Source of the DNA: Bdellovibrionales bacterium
GTDB taxonomy: Bacteria; Bdellovibrionota_C; UBA2361; SZUA-149
DNA length: 42,845 nt
NCBI GenBank assembly: GCA_020434415.1
Contig: JAGRAW010000001.1
Location: 1 to 42,845 of the forward strand
Reading direction: 5' to 3'
A program made the translations under genes and the position numbers. Below are positions 25,460-33,305 of the stretch, one piece after another. A model generated the notes under the pieces. That model did no database searches and had not been told where the DNA came from. It saw nothing but the letters and a program-made list of their open reading frames with translations. Every line of letters begins with the position of its first letter. Position 1 is the stretch's first letter.

Positions 25460-26031
25460 GTAAGCGGTGCCTATGAGGCGTTCTTGCCGTCGTGCCCGGT
25501 CAGCTGTTTCCAGTTCTTCGGTGCCAGCTGGTAGACGTCCCTGGCGGGGTGAGAGTCGAGTCGCTGCAGAACGTCGACAAGATACCGCCATGGATTCACC
25601 CCGTGCAGCTTACAGCACTCCACAAGCGTGTAAGCGATGGCAGCGTATTTTGCGCCCACTTCGGTCCAACAGAAAAGCCAGTTCTTGCGGCCAAGCGCTA
25701 CCGGTCGGATCGCGCGCTCTACATGATTGTTCGACAGCGGAATATCTGCATGCAAAAGAAAGTGTCGAAGATTCTCTTCTCGCCCGCGCGCGTATGCCAC
25801 CGCTTTGCCAAGCAGGCTGCTTCGGTCGACCATCTGCTCAAACCATAGTTCGTCCAGGTAAGAGAAGAACTCCTCGACTATCGGTAAGCTATGAAGCCTC
25901 CTCGCGACAAGCAGCTCAGTCTCGCCTACACGCGCGGCGTCCGCTTCTACCTGAAAGAGCCGCCGAATCCATTCCAGGTGCCGAGAGGCCGGCGGCGTTC
26001 GTAGTTGGAAGAAATTCTGACACTTAATGAC
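25460..26031 (-). mobile_element. Decayed IS66-family element: one terminus plus a transposase fragment
   Basis: GTAAGCGGTGCC at 25460 on the plus strand lies 11 nt beyond the transposase stop. IS66 terminal inverted repeats characteristically begin GTAAGCG. I found no partner repeat or tnpA/tnpB-like ORFs upstream. Confidence 0.7.
25471..26031 (-). pseudogene. IS66-family transposase, 5'-truncated remnant (C-terminal ~186 aa only)
   Basis: The translation HLEWIRRLFQVEADAARVGETELLVARRLHSLPIVEEFFSYLDELWFEQMVDRSSLLGKAVAYARGREENLRHFLLHADIPLSNNHVERAIRPVALGRKNWLFCWTEVGAKYAAIAYTLVECCKLHGVNPWRYLVDVL matches the conserved IS66 TnpC C-terminus (DNNxxERAIRPxALGRKNWLF, CKLxGVNP). The frame is open from 26031 with no start codon. 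The N-terminal two thirds of the protein is missing. Confidence 0.85.
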
Positions 26032-26160
26032 TCATTTTGAAACGCCCGGACGCCCGGCTCGTGGACTTTTGTCTCGTGCACGAGTAGAAAATCAACCTTT
26101 ACCGTTCGCCGGCAGTGGTTTCACACCACGCGGCTGATTCACTCCAAGCTCTTCTTTACG

Positions 26161-27180
26161 ATGCAGATTGAAACGCAGTTACATGGCAGACCCGTCTTGG
26201 TGACGGGAGCTACAGGGTTTGTCGGCGGCCATTTGACTCGCCGACTGCTTGCACTGGGCGCGAAGGTTCGGGTCCTCGTGCGCGATTCCAGTGCACATGA
26301 GCTGGTTGCCGAGCTTGAGACGGCTGGTGCCGAGCTGGTCTTTGGTGACGTGACAGACCGAGACAGTGTGTTCGAGGCCGTGGGCGGGTGTGAATACGTG
26401 TTTCACATAGCTGCGTTATTTCGCCAGGCGAAGCATCCCGATCAGGTGTATTACGACATCAACGTCGAGGGTACGCGCAACGTGCTCGATGCAGCTGAAC
26501 AAGGGAAGGTCCGCCGTGTGGTGCATTGCAGCACAGTGGGTGTGCACAGCCACATTCCGAACCCACCGGCTGACGAAGCAGAGGACTACCGTCCGGGCGA
26601 CATCTATCAGGTCACGAAGTGTGAAGGGGAGAAACTGGCACTTGAGCGATTTCGGAGCGGTCGCGTGGAGGGTGTCGTCGTTCGACCCGCGATGATTTGG
26701 GGCGAGGGCGACCTGCGCATGTTGAAGCTGTTTCGAGGCGTGCAGCGACGCCGTTTCCCTATCATCGGTTCGGGTAAGACGTTGACCCACTGGGTCTATG
26801 TTCACGATTTGGTGCAAGGCTTTCTGTTGGCAGCGACTCATCCCGAGGCTGCGGGGCAGATATACATCTTTGCGGGTCGTCGTCCGGCAAGCATCGAAGA
26901 GCTGGTAGAGACTATCGCGGATAAAGCCGGGGTTAGCCCGCTTCCGGTTCGCATCCCTGCGGGCCCGATGCAAGCGCTCGGTTCGATGGTTGAAGCAGTT
27001 TGTGTCCCCTTCGGAATCGAACCGCCCCTCCATCGCCGTCGCGTGGATTTCTTTACCAAGGATCGCTCTTTCGACACCACGAAAGCCCAGACTGAACTCG
27101 GCTATCGACCGGCGCAGGATTTCGAGCAAGAGGTTGAGAATATTTTCAACTGGTATCGCGAGCACGAGTTGCTCGATTAG
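26161..27180 (+). CDS. NAD(P)-dependent epimerase/dehydratase (extended SDR)
   Basis: VTGATGFVGGHLTRRLL is the GxxGxxG Rossmann motif. YQVTKCEGE is the YxxxK catalytic motif. 339 aa. Confidence 0.9.
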   Translation: MQIETQLHGRPVLVTGATGFVGGHLTRRLLALGAKVRVLVRDSSAHELVAELETAGAELVFGDVTDRDSVFEAVGGCEYVFHIAALFRQAKHPDQVYYDINVEGTRNVLDAAEQGKVRRVVHCSTVGVHSHIPNPPADEAEDYRPGDIYQVTKCEGEKLALERFRSGRVEGVVVRPAMIWGEGDLRMLKLFRGVQRRRFPIIGSGKTLTHWVYVHDLVQGFLLAATHPEAAGQIYIFAGRRPASIEELVETIADKAGVSPLPVRIPAGPMQALGSMVEAVCVPFGIEPPLHRRRVDFFTKDRSFDTTKAQTELGYRPAQDFEQEVENIFNWYREHELLD

Positions 27181-27188
27181 CGCGTTGT

Positions 27189-28178
27189 ATGAGCCAATCC
27201 AAATCTGACCACACGCGTCAACGTCTAGCGCTGCTTGTTCGATCCCTGTTCGCCGTAGGTATCTTCGCCGGTCTTTTTGCTGTCGCAGGAACGCAGGATT
27301 TAGTTTCAACGTTTTCCTCGGTGCGCTGGGACTATGTCGTATTGCTGGTCTCGTTTTCAGCGGTGCTTATCTGGGCGAGTTGTCTAAAGTGGCGCCTATT
27401 CGTGCGAGCCAGTGGGCGCGATGTCTCGCTCCTGCACCTGATGAAGCTCTATACAGTGGGTTACTTCTTCAATACCTTCACCCCGTCTTATGTCGGGGGA
27501 GACCTTGCGCGAAGCTTTCACCTCGGACGCCATTTGGAAAGTCAGCGAGATGCCTTCGTCGCTACGTTTCTCGAGCGATTCACCGGGCTGTTGGCGATGG
27601 CACTGTTGGGCGCGCTATTCGTGGTCTGCGGTGCGGAGGTGACCGCGGGACTAAGCGTCGCGATACTGAGCGTGGGGGCGGGAGCCGCGGTTCTCGGTGC
27701 GGCATGCTTTATGCCACGTTTCAGCGCATGGTGTTTCGCGGTAGTCCGCCGCGTGCTGCCGGAGCGAGACAGGGGAGTTTTTCGCAAGCTGCACAAGGTG
27801 CTCAATGCTCTAGATGAAGGTCTTCAAGCCGCCCGGGGTAAGAAGAAACTGCTGTTCGATGCGCTGGTACTCTCACTCTTCTTTCACTTCCTTACGGTTG
27901 TAAACACCTACATCGCCGCGAAAGCCGTGGGATGGGACACCGCAGATATCGGCGGTCTGTTCGTCGTGGTACCGCTCGTATTGCTTGTGAGTATGGTGCC
28001 CTTGACCCCCAACGGCCTGGGGATACAGGAGGGGGCATTCCTCTTCCTCCTCAAGCGAATCGGTGCCGACGAAGCACAGGGCCTTGCCGTCGGCCTCCTA
28101 CTCCGAGCAAAGGTCATCCTCCTAGCCATGATCGGCGCCTTGCTCTGGGCCCGCCTGAAGAAGATAGAACCACAGTAA
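27189..28178 (+). CDS. UPF0104 / lysylphosphatidylglycerol-synthase-TM-like (flippase-like) membrane protein
   Basis: About 8 TM segments. YTVGYFFNTFTPSYVGGDLARSFHL resembles the conserved loop of this family. It starts 8 nt after the epimerase stop. Confidence 0.65.
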   Translation: MSQSKSDHTRQRLALLVRSLFAVGIFAGLFAVAGTQDLVSTFSSVRWDYVVLLVSFSAVLIWASCLKWRLFVRASGRDVSLLHLMKLYTVGYFFNTFTPSYVGGDLARSFHLGRHLESQRDAFVATFLERFTGLLAMALLGALFVVCGAEVTAGLSVAILSVGAGAAVLGAACFMPRFSAWCFAVVRRVLPERDRGVFRKLHKVLNALDEGLQAARGKKKLLFDALVLSLFFHFLTVVNTYIAAKAVGWDTADIGGLFVVVPLVLLVSMVPLTPNGLGIQEGAFLFLLKRIGADEAQGLAVGLLLRAKVILLAMIGALLWARLKKIEPQ

Positions 28179-28251
28179 ATCACAGCCAGTTTGACCTCCA
28201 GGGTAACCCCCTTTGTGTCTTGCCTCCTGATGGCTACCTGGGGAGGGCCAC

Positions 28252-28373
28252 CTGGAACCGGGTTCCTTCGAAATAGGTAGCGCCGCTCGCGGGAGCACTC
28301 CTTCGGAATTAGCTAGCGCCGCGCGCGAGAGCACTGAGAACTGGTGAGAACTGGAACCGGGTTCCATCGAAAT
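28252..28373. repeat. Intergenic repeat array arranged X-Y-Y-X: two 23-mers, two 22-mers and a 10-bp tandem
   Basis: X1 is 28252-28274 (ctggaaccgggttccttcgaaat). X2 is 28351-28373 (ctggaaccgggttccatcgaaat), 22/23 identical to X1. Y1 is 28278-28299 (tagcgccgctcgcgggagcact). Y2 is 28314-28335 (tagcgccgcgcgcgagagcact), 20/22 identical to Y1. tgagaactgg occurs twice in tandem at 28335-28354. The X core is the near-palindrome TGGAAC-CGG-GTTCCA. A third, inverted copy lies at 28438-28451. Confidence 0.9.
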
Positions 28374-28409
28374 TCCGACTGCTTTGCGTAAGGCGCTGAA
28401 TTTACTAGG

Positions 28410-30773
28410 ATGCGTGGTCGATGCTGCCTATTAAGAAGTAACCCGGTTCCAGTGAGTGCCAGCGAGGCGAAGGATTCGGGGCCGCCGTTGGGGGACGTGT
28501 GTAGATTGAAAGCCGAGCGATTTGGAGTGGTGGTTTTTTCGTCCCTGGTCGCCTGGGCTTTGCTGGGCATGCTCGCTGGTCCGCTGGTGGTGGCTGGGAG
28601 CACCCTGATCAGCGAGGGGAGTTGGCGGATGGCGGCGGTTGTTGCCTTGGGGTGGGCTGTTGTTCAGCTATGGGGGCCGCGGCGGTTTCGACAGCCCCTT
28701 CGGCTCGAGCCGGTTGTTTTTTTGGTCGGGCTCGTGCTCCTGGTGGCGAGCGATTACTTTGGGCAACCGTTCGGATTTTTTCAGAGCGCAGCCGGTCGAA
28801 GCGAACTGGTGATTTTGGGCGTATGCTACGCGCTGTTTTCACTTACGAGGTATCCGCGGGCGGCAGATTCTTTTTTTTCATTGCCGCTGCTTTTGTTTTG
28901 CCAGGTAGCGCTGACGATCCTGTTTTTGCGGCACGCCGAGGGGCGCCTGTTGTTCAGTGACGACCACCCGAGCTTTCTGTATCGACTTCATCTGCTGAAG
29001 GAACACTTCCCGGCAATTCCGTTTTACAATCCTGCCTGGAACGCAGGGTACTCGGCGCGCGAGTTTTTTCCGTCGGGCGTCATGAACGTCTTTTTCGCGG
29101 CGTTTCCATTGCTCGCGCTCGGAGGGGATTTGTCGCAATGGGAGAACGCGGTCCGCTACACTTACCTGATCCCGTACCTCTATATCTTCTTGATCCCCTG
29201 GGGCATGTACTATGCGGCGCGGGTATTTGGCGCTGACCGCGCGGTTGCCGTTGCCGCAGCCGTCCTGTCGCTTGGCCCATCCACCGGTTACTTCGAGTGG
29301 CTGTTGAAATACGGCACCATCGGCTTCGCGCTCTCGATTGGTGTTGCCGTTCCGACGTTGGCGCTCTCTTACAGGCTCGTGCGCGACCCGGTTCCGCCAA
29401 GGTGGTGTCATGTCGCAAGTTTGCTGGTGCTTTCGTATCTTACGATTGCCTGGACGCTTGCCGCGGCTATCTTCGTGCCGATTGCGCTTTACGCCCTCGC
29501 GCAGCCAAGGCAGACATTTCATTCGCAACGGCGAGCAAAGGTGCTGGCCTTCATCGCACTGTTCGCGTTGTGCAACGGTCCTTGGCTCGCGACGTTCGTC
29601 CACGAGTCCAAAGTCGCGACCTTTCTCCAGGGGAGTACGTTGCCGGGCTCGACTGTGAAGTCTTTCAGCGCTGCCCGTCCGTCGGAGCAGCAGGAGGGAC
29701 GCTCTCTCAAATCGCATGCACATCTCATCTTGAAGGAGACCAGGGAGCTTAGCGCAAAGGTCAATCCCTTGCTTCTCTTGTTAGGACTGCCGGGGGTGCT
29801 TTTGCTCCGGGAGCGCTCGGCGCGTGTCATCCTGTTTGTCACCATTACCTGGCTTACGGCGTTAGCTGCTGTCGGAGAAGATCTGAAGCCGCAGCTCGAG
29901 CTTCGCCGGATGATACTCCCTGCAGCGTTTCTCCTTTGCATACCGGCGGCACAGGCACTGCTCTCCCTTGTGCGACGGGTCGAGGAACGGTTGGTTTCTG
30001 ATCGGGGCCTACGGAGGACGCTAGCTCTTACTTCGGGCGGGTTTTTGGTCGGTATGTTCATGCTGTCCCCCATCACGGTGGCAGCCGTCTATCAGAACCG
30101 AACGGACGAGAAGTTCGTATTCTCGAACGGCCTTCCGGCCCGACTGGCAAACGCGATTCGACAGGAAGTGGCGGTGGGAAGAACCTTCTTCCTCGGGTTC
30201 GTGTTGCAAGAACTCGAAGCCACGTGGTGGGGCGCGCAAGACGGGGGCCACGTTGCGGCGCTCGCCATGTTTGCCGACCGACCGTTCTATGCTTCGGACT
30301 TCTACCACAGGCGCTGGAGTTCCGTGGATCCGATCCCTCCTTCGTATCGTGCCAGAGGTGAGGCGGGGATTGAGGAGTTCCTTGATCTGGTAAATGCCAC
30401 GGCCGTGGTCACTCTCAAGCGTGAGTGGGCAGATTATTGTCTGGCGAGGCCGCGGTATCGACAGGTGTTTCAGGAGGACCGCTTCCGAGTTTTCATCCGT
30501 GAAGGATACACGCCGACGTACGTGCTCAAGGGAGATGCGACGGTTGAACCGTTGGCCGCCGGAATCCAGGTGTCGCCTCGCTCGCCCGAAGTAGTGTTGA
30601 AGTTCCGTTACTTCCCGAATCTTCGAGCGAGTCACCCCGAGGTTGAGCTATATCCCGTTCCCGTGTTCGAAGAAGAAGTCGGGGATGGACGTATGGAGCA
30701 GGTTTCGTTTATCGGAGTTCGCACACCCGAGCGACTGCTCGGCGCTGCTCCCGAGATCCGACTGTCCTACTGA
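28410..30773 (+). CDS. Large polytopic membrane protein with GT-C-like architecture (many TM segments plus a C-terminal soluble domain of about 230 aa)
   Basis: At least 12 hydrophobic segments followed by a soluble tail (ASDFYHRRWSSVDPIPPSYRARGEAG...). There is a conserved-looking loop, LFSDDHPSFLYRLHLLKEHFPAIPFYNPAWNAGY. I do not recognise the family. The start is uncertain because the third palindrome copy lies inside the first 15 codons, so a downstream start is possible. Confidence 0.65.
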   Translation: MRGRCCLLRSNPVPVSASEAKDSGPPLGDVCRLKAERFGVVVFSSLVAWALLGMLAGPLVVAGSTLISEGSWRMAAVVALGWAVVQLWGPRRFRQPLRLEPVVFLVGLVLLVASDYFGQPFGFFQSAAGRSELVILGVCYALFSLTRYPRAADSFFSLPLLLFCQVALTILFLRHAEGRLLFSDDHPSFLYRLHLLKEHFPAIPFYNPAWNAGYSAREFFPSGVMNVFFAAFPLLALGGDLSQWENAVRYTYLIPYLYIFLIPWGMYYAARVFGADRAVAVAAAVLSLGPSTGYFEWLLKYGTIGFALSIGVAVPTLALSYRLVRDPVPPRWCHVASLLVLSYLTIAWTLAAAIFVPIALYALAQPRQTFHSQRRAKVLAFIALFALCNGPWLATFVHESKVATFLQGSTLPGSTVKSFSAARPSEQQEGRSLKSHAHLILKETRELSAKVNPLLLLLGLPGVLLLRERSARVILFVTITWLTALAAVGEDLKPQLELRRMILPAAFLLCIPAAQALLSLVRRVEERLVSDRGLRRTLALTSGGFLVGMFMLSPITVAAVYQNRTDEKFVFSNGLPARLANAIRQEVAVGRTFFLGFVLQELEATWWGAQDGGHVAALAMFADRPFYASDFYHRRWSSVDPIPPSYRARGEAGIEEFLDLVNATAVVTLKREWADYCLARPRYRQVFQEDRFRVFIREGYTPTYVLKGDATVEPLAAGIQVSPRSPEVVLKFRYFPNLRASHPEVELYPVPVFEEEVGDGRMEQVSFIGVRTPERLLGAAPEIRLSY

Positions 30774-30815
30774 AACGTCGCGTCAGGTCTCGGTCGGCAG
30801 AGAGGTCTGCAACCC

Positions 30816-31025
30816 CTATTCCTTGATGGGAAGCACGTGCACCGCTTTGGTCACGAGAGAGACCTCGTCACCAATTTTCAGTTCCATGCCCTCGACGGAT
30901 TCGGTTGTCAGCACCGACGCCATTTCGCACGGGACGGTTACTTCGAACTTCACAAGCGACATGACGTCACCCTTTTGAATCGATGTTACTTTCCCGATGA
31001 CCTTATTTCGTGCACCTGGCTTCAT
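30816..31025 (-). CDS. TOBE/Mop-domain (molybdate-binding-like) small protein
   Basis: MKPGARNKVIGKVTSIQKGDVMSLVKFEV...LKIGDEVSLVTKAVHVL follows the Mop/TOBE pattern (ARN-x-x-x-G-x-V, then a late hydrophobic K-A-x-x-V). 69 aa. Confidence 0.8.
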   Translation of the reverse strand: MKPGARNKVIGKVTSIQKGDVMSLVKFEVTVPCEMASVLTTESVEGMELKIGDEVSLVTKAVHVLPIKE

Positions 31026-31087
31026 TGAATTTATCCTGTTGTGAAACGGTTGCGCTAGCTTTCTTAGGAGTAGCCTCGCATTCCGGG

Positions 31088-32056
31088 TTATTCAAGTCCA
31101 AGATGATCGATGTAGAACGTTCGACTCGGAGAACTCTTGTTGACGAAAAAGTAGACGAAGACGACGTTGCCGAGGTTTAACGTGCGCCCGTTTGGGGCAC
31201 GCTCAATCTCGGCCAAAGGAAGCACGAAGTCATTCAATCCAGGGGCTACGTCGAGGGACTTGGTAAATCGATCTTCGTATTCATCTCTCGGCAGTTCATC
31301 GTCCACCCGGAACGCTAGCGGCAGAATTTCATCCGACGGGTTGTAGAGACGGATTCGAAGGGTGCGATGACCAGACCAGCTTAATCCTCCGGCAGCATAG
31401 CGGACTCCACTCCAAGTGCCGGGGACGGTCACGACCTTGAGTGCCGTCTGCGCCGTGCTGCCCAGCTCGGTTGTCAGAGCGACCGCTGCCGGTGTCTTGT
31501 TTCGGTCTGAACGCATTGGCTCCCAGAGATAGTGCTCTTCGAGGGAGTCGAACTCCGCGATTACCGGGAAACGCTCAAGTCGCCAGCGAATCGCGGCAGT
31601 TGCTTGCCACGCGGGCAGAAGCGCGAACAGCTGAAGCAAGACAGCGACACCGAGTGGTGCGGCGAAAGCGGAGAGTCGAGGATGCCGGGCGAAGCGCGTG
31701 TATCCCCAGATCACGGTCAGGACAGCCATGATGCCGTTGATTAGATCGACACCGCTTGCGGAGCGGTCGAAGTATGGCTGAATGAGCTCTACCGCGGTTG
31801 CGAGGCCGATACCCAGGGCTCCGGCAAACAGAACCACCTTTTCCGTTTTCCAGCGTGCCACGTGCCCTTCGAGGCAGAGGTAGGCCGTCGCGAGAAAGAA
31901 GATCCCGTAGTGGCCGGCGTCTGCCACCTGTTTCCAGAGGAACTTGTCGTAGCCGGTCTCGAAACGTCCGAAGAAAGCCACACAGAACAAGACTGCTAGT
32001 GCGACGCGAATAGTCCAACGTGCGAATGACGATGTCGGAGTTTCTGAGGGGGGCAT
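31088..32056 (-). CDS. VanZ-like membrane domain protein with a C-terminal extracytoplasmic domain
   Basis: AVELIQPYFDRSASGVDLINGIMAV matches the VanZ signature E-x2-Q-x4-R-x5-D-x3-N-x2-G. There are four or more TM segments and then a soluble C-terminal region of about 160 aa. I chose ATG 32056. The track ORF starts at TTG 32131. Confidence 0.6.
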   Translation of the reverse strand: MPPSETPTSSFARWTIRVALAVLFCVAFFGRFETGYDKFLWKQVADAGHYGIFFLATAYLCLEGHVARWKTEKVVLFAGALGIGLATAVELIQPYFDRSASGVDLINGIMAVLTVIWGYTRFARHPRLSAFAAPLGVAVLLQLFALLPAWQATAAIRWRLERFPVIAEFDSLEEHYLWEPMRSDRNKTPAAVALTTELGSTAQTALKVVTVPGTWSGVRYAAGGLSWSGHRTLRIRLYNPSDEILPLAFRVDDELPRDEYEDRFTKSLDVAPGLNDFVLPLAEIERAPNGRTLNLGNVVFVYFFVNKSSPSRTFYIDHLGLE

Positions 32057-32234
32057 TCGAGGCAGCCGGCAGAGGAGAAGTTCAGTAGAAGTCCAAGTAG
32101 CTAAAGCGACAAGAGGTCTTAGCGGTGACAAAAAATGTCATTCGCCAGCATAAGTAGCTATTTGTGCCCATCAGTAACACCCGGAAGAACGGTCGGGCAA
32201 GGCTAAGGGCCGCAAAACACTATGGCGAAGCTGT

Positions 32235-32250
32235 TGGCACAGATCTTGGA
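32235..32250 (+). promoter_or_regulatory. Sigma-54-like promoter TGGCAC-N5-TTGGA upstream of the pilin gene
   Basis: TGGCACagatcTTGGA is read directly from the sequence, against the consensus TGGCAC-N5-TTGCW. The -24 element is perfect. The -12 element has TTGG instead of TTGC. It lies 50 nt upstream of the pilin ATG. Confidence 0.4.
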
Positions 32251-32299
32251 ACAATCGCCGTAGTGCCGGACCCACTACCGGCCGCTACGGGGACTCGCT

Positions 32300-32671
32300 A
32301 TGCTTCGACGTTCTGACGGCTTTACACTGATCGAATTGATGACCACCATGAGCGTGCTGGGTATTCTTGCCGCTGTCGCGCTCAGCCACTTCAAAAGCTA
32401 CCAAACGCGTGCCTTCGACGCTCGTGCAGAGAATGACCTGCATACCGCAATCACCGCCGAGGAAGCCTACTTCGCGGATAATGAGTCTTACGTTGCGTGC
32501 AGCAACGTTGATTGCGAAACGCAATTTGAGGCGTTTACCCTCAGCATGGGGACGGAGATCACCATGACCGTGGTCGGCACGGCCCGCTTTTTTCAAGGCG
32601 AGGCGTATCACCCGAAAGGCGATAAACGGTTCACTTACGACAGCACCACCAACAGCTACACGGCCAGCTAG
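32300..32671 (+). CDS. Type IV pilin / pseudopilin with a prepilin N-terminal cleavage-methylation motif
   Basis: MLRRSDG/FTLIELMTTMSVLGILAAVAL has a short basic leader, Gly-1, Phe+1 and Glu+5, followed by the hydrophobic alpha1-N helix. There is a C-terminal Cys pair (CSNVDC). Confidence 0.85.
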   Translation: MLRRSDGFTLIELMTTMSVLGILAAVALSHFKSYQTRAFDARAENDLHTAITAEEAYFADNESYVACSNVDCETQFEAFTLSMGTEITMTVVGTARFFQGEAYHPKGDKRFTYDSTTNSYTAS

Positions 32672-32781
32672 CGAAGCGGTTGGATAGTTGCTGAAGAAGT
32701 TCCGACGGCTGAACTTGCCCAACATCTCGATGTGCGCTAGGGAGCTATACCGATAGCTCTCTTTAGCATTGAAGCAAGTTC

Positions 32782-32815
32782 ATGAAACGTCGCACAGTAT
32801 GAAACGTCGCACAGT
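32782..32815 (+). repeat. Perfect 17-bp tandem duplication spanning a start codon
   Basis: atgaaacgtcgcacagt occurs at 32782-32798 and again at 32799-32815. The first copy encodes MKRRTV-stop. Its TGA overlaps the second ATG (gtATGAaa). Confidence 0.95.
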
Positions 32816-33275
32816 CGGGATCCTTACTTTTCAGTTGTTTGTTTTGTTTGCAGTGTCGCACCTTGCTCTTCCGTCAGAGAGTGCTGCGTCTGAAGAGGGC
32901 GAGCACGACGTGGAGCTGGCGGACTACATGTCTCGCGTACAGTATTTTGCCTTCAAGCTCGGCTTCGCCGTTCAGGCGAACAATCAAGCGCTTGCTGTGT
33001 TCTATACGGAAGAGCTTGAAGAGGTCCTCGAAAAGGTGATGAAAATCGAGGAGTATGAGGGCATTCCAATAGGAGCAAAGGCGAAGGAAATCATTGAGCC
33101 GCTGGTTGAGGAACTGGAGCGTGTCGTGGCAGGCGGAGAGAAGCAGAAGGTGCAAGCCGCCTATGACAAGCTGCTGAATGGCTGTAACGCTTGTCATGCC
33201 GCAACCGAGCACGGCTACATCAAGATTGCACCGAACTTCAGCACGAATCCGTTTCTACAAGATTTCAAACCGTAA
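32799..33275 (+). CDS. Secreted four-helix-bundle-type c-type cytochrome candidate (class II / cytochrome c'-like)
   Basis: Signal-like N-terminus MKRRTVGILTFQLFVLFAVSHLALP. The mature part of about 125 aa is helix-prone. A single CxxCH (CNACH) lies about 25 aa from the C-terminus, which is the class II cytochrome c layout. I chose ATG 32799 over the upstream TTG at 32769. Confidence 0.45.
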   Translation: MKRRTVGILTFQLFVLFAVSHLALPSESAASEEGEHDVELADYMSRVQYFAFKLGFAVQANNQALAVFYTEELEEVLEKVMKIEEYEGIPIGAKAKEIIEPLVEELERVVAGGEKQKVQAAYDKLLNGCNACHAATEHGYIKIAPNFSTNPFLQDFKP

Positions 33276-33305
33276 GCAGCGTCGACGCAGCAGAGCGCAA
33301 GCGTT

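Noticed and set aside
26416-27309. 297-aa minus-strand ORF antisense to the epimerase. Similar cases: 28878..29723, 29519..30076, 30021..30635, 33843..34460, 23964..24635, 7155..7721, 22011..22505
   Set aside because: These are long Arg-rich antisense frames, typical of GC-rich DNA. Each is fully covered by a motif-supported gene on the other strand.
28252-28373. Reading the TGGAACCGGGTTCCA cores as sigma-54 promoters
   Set aside because: The GG-to-downstream-element spacing is off by one, and the -12 position has CC rather than GC. The symmetric structure fits an operator or hairpin better.
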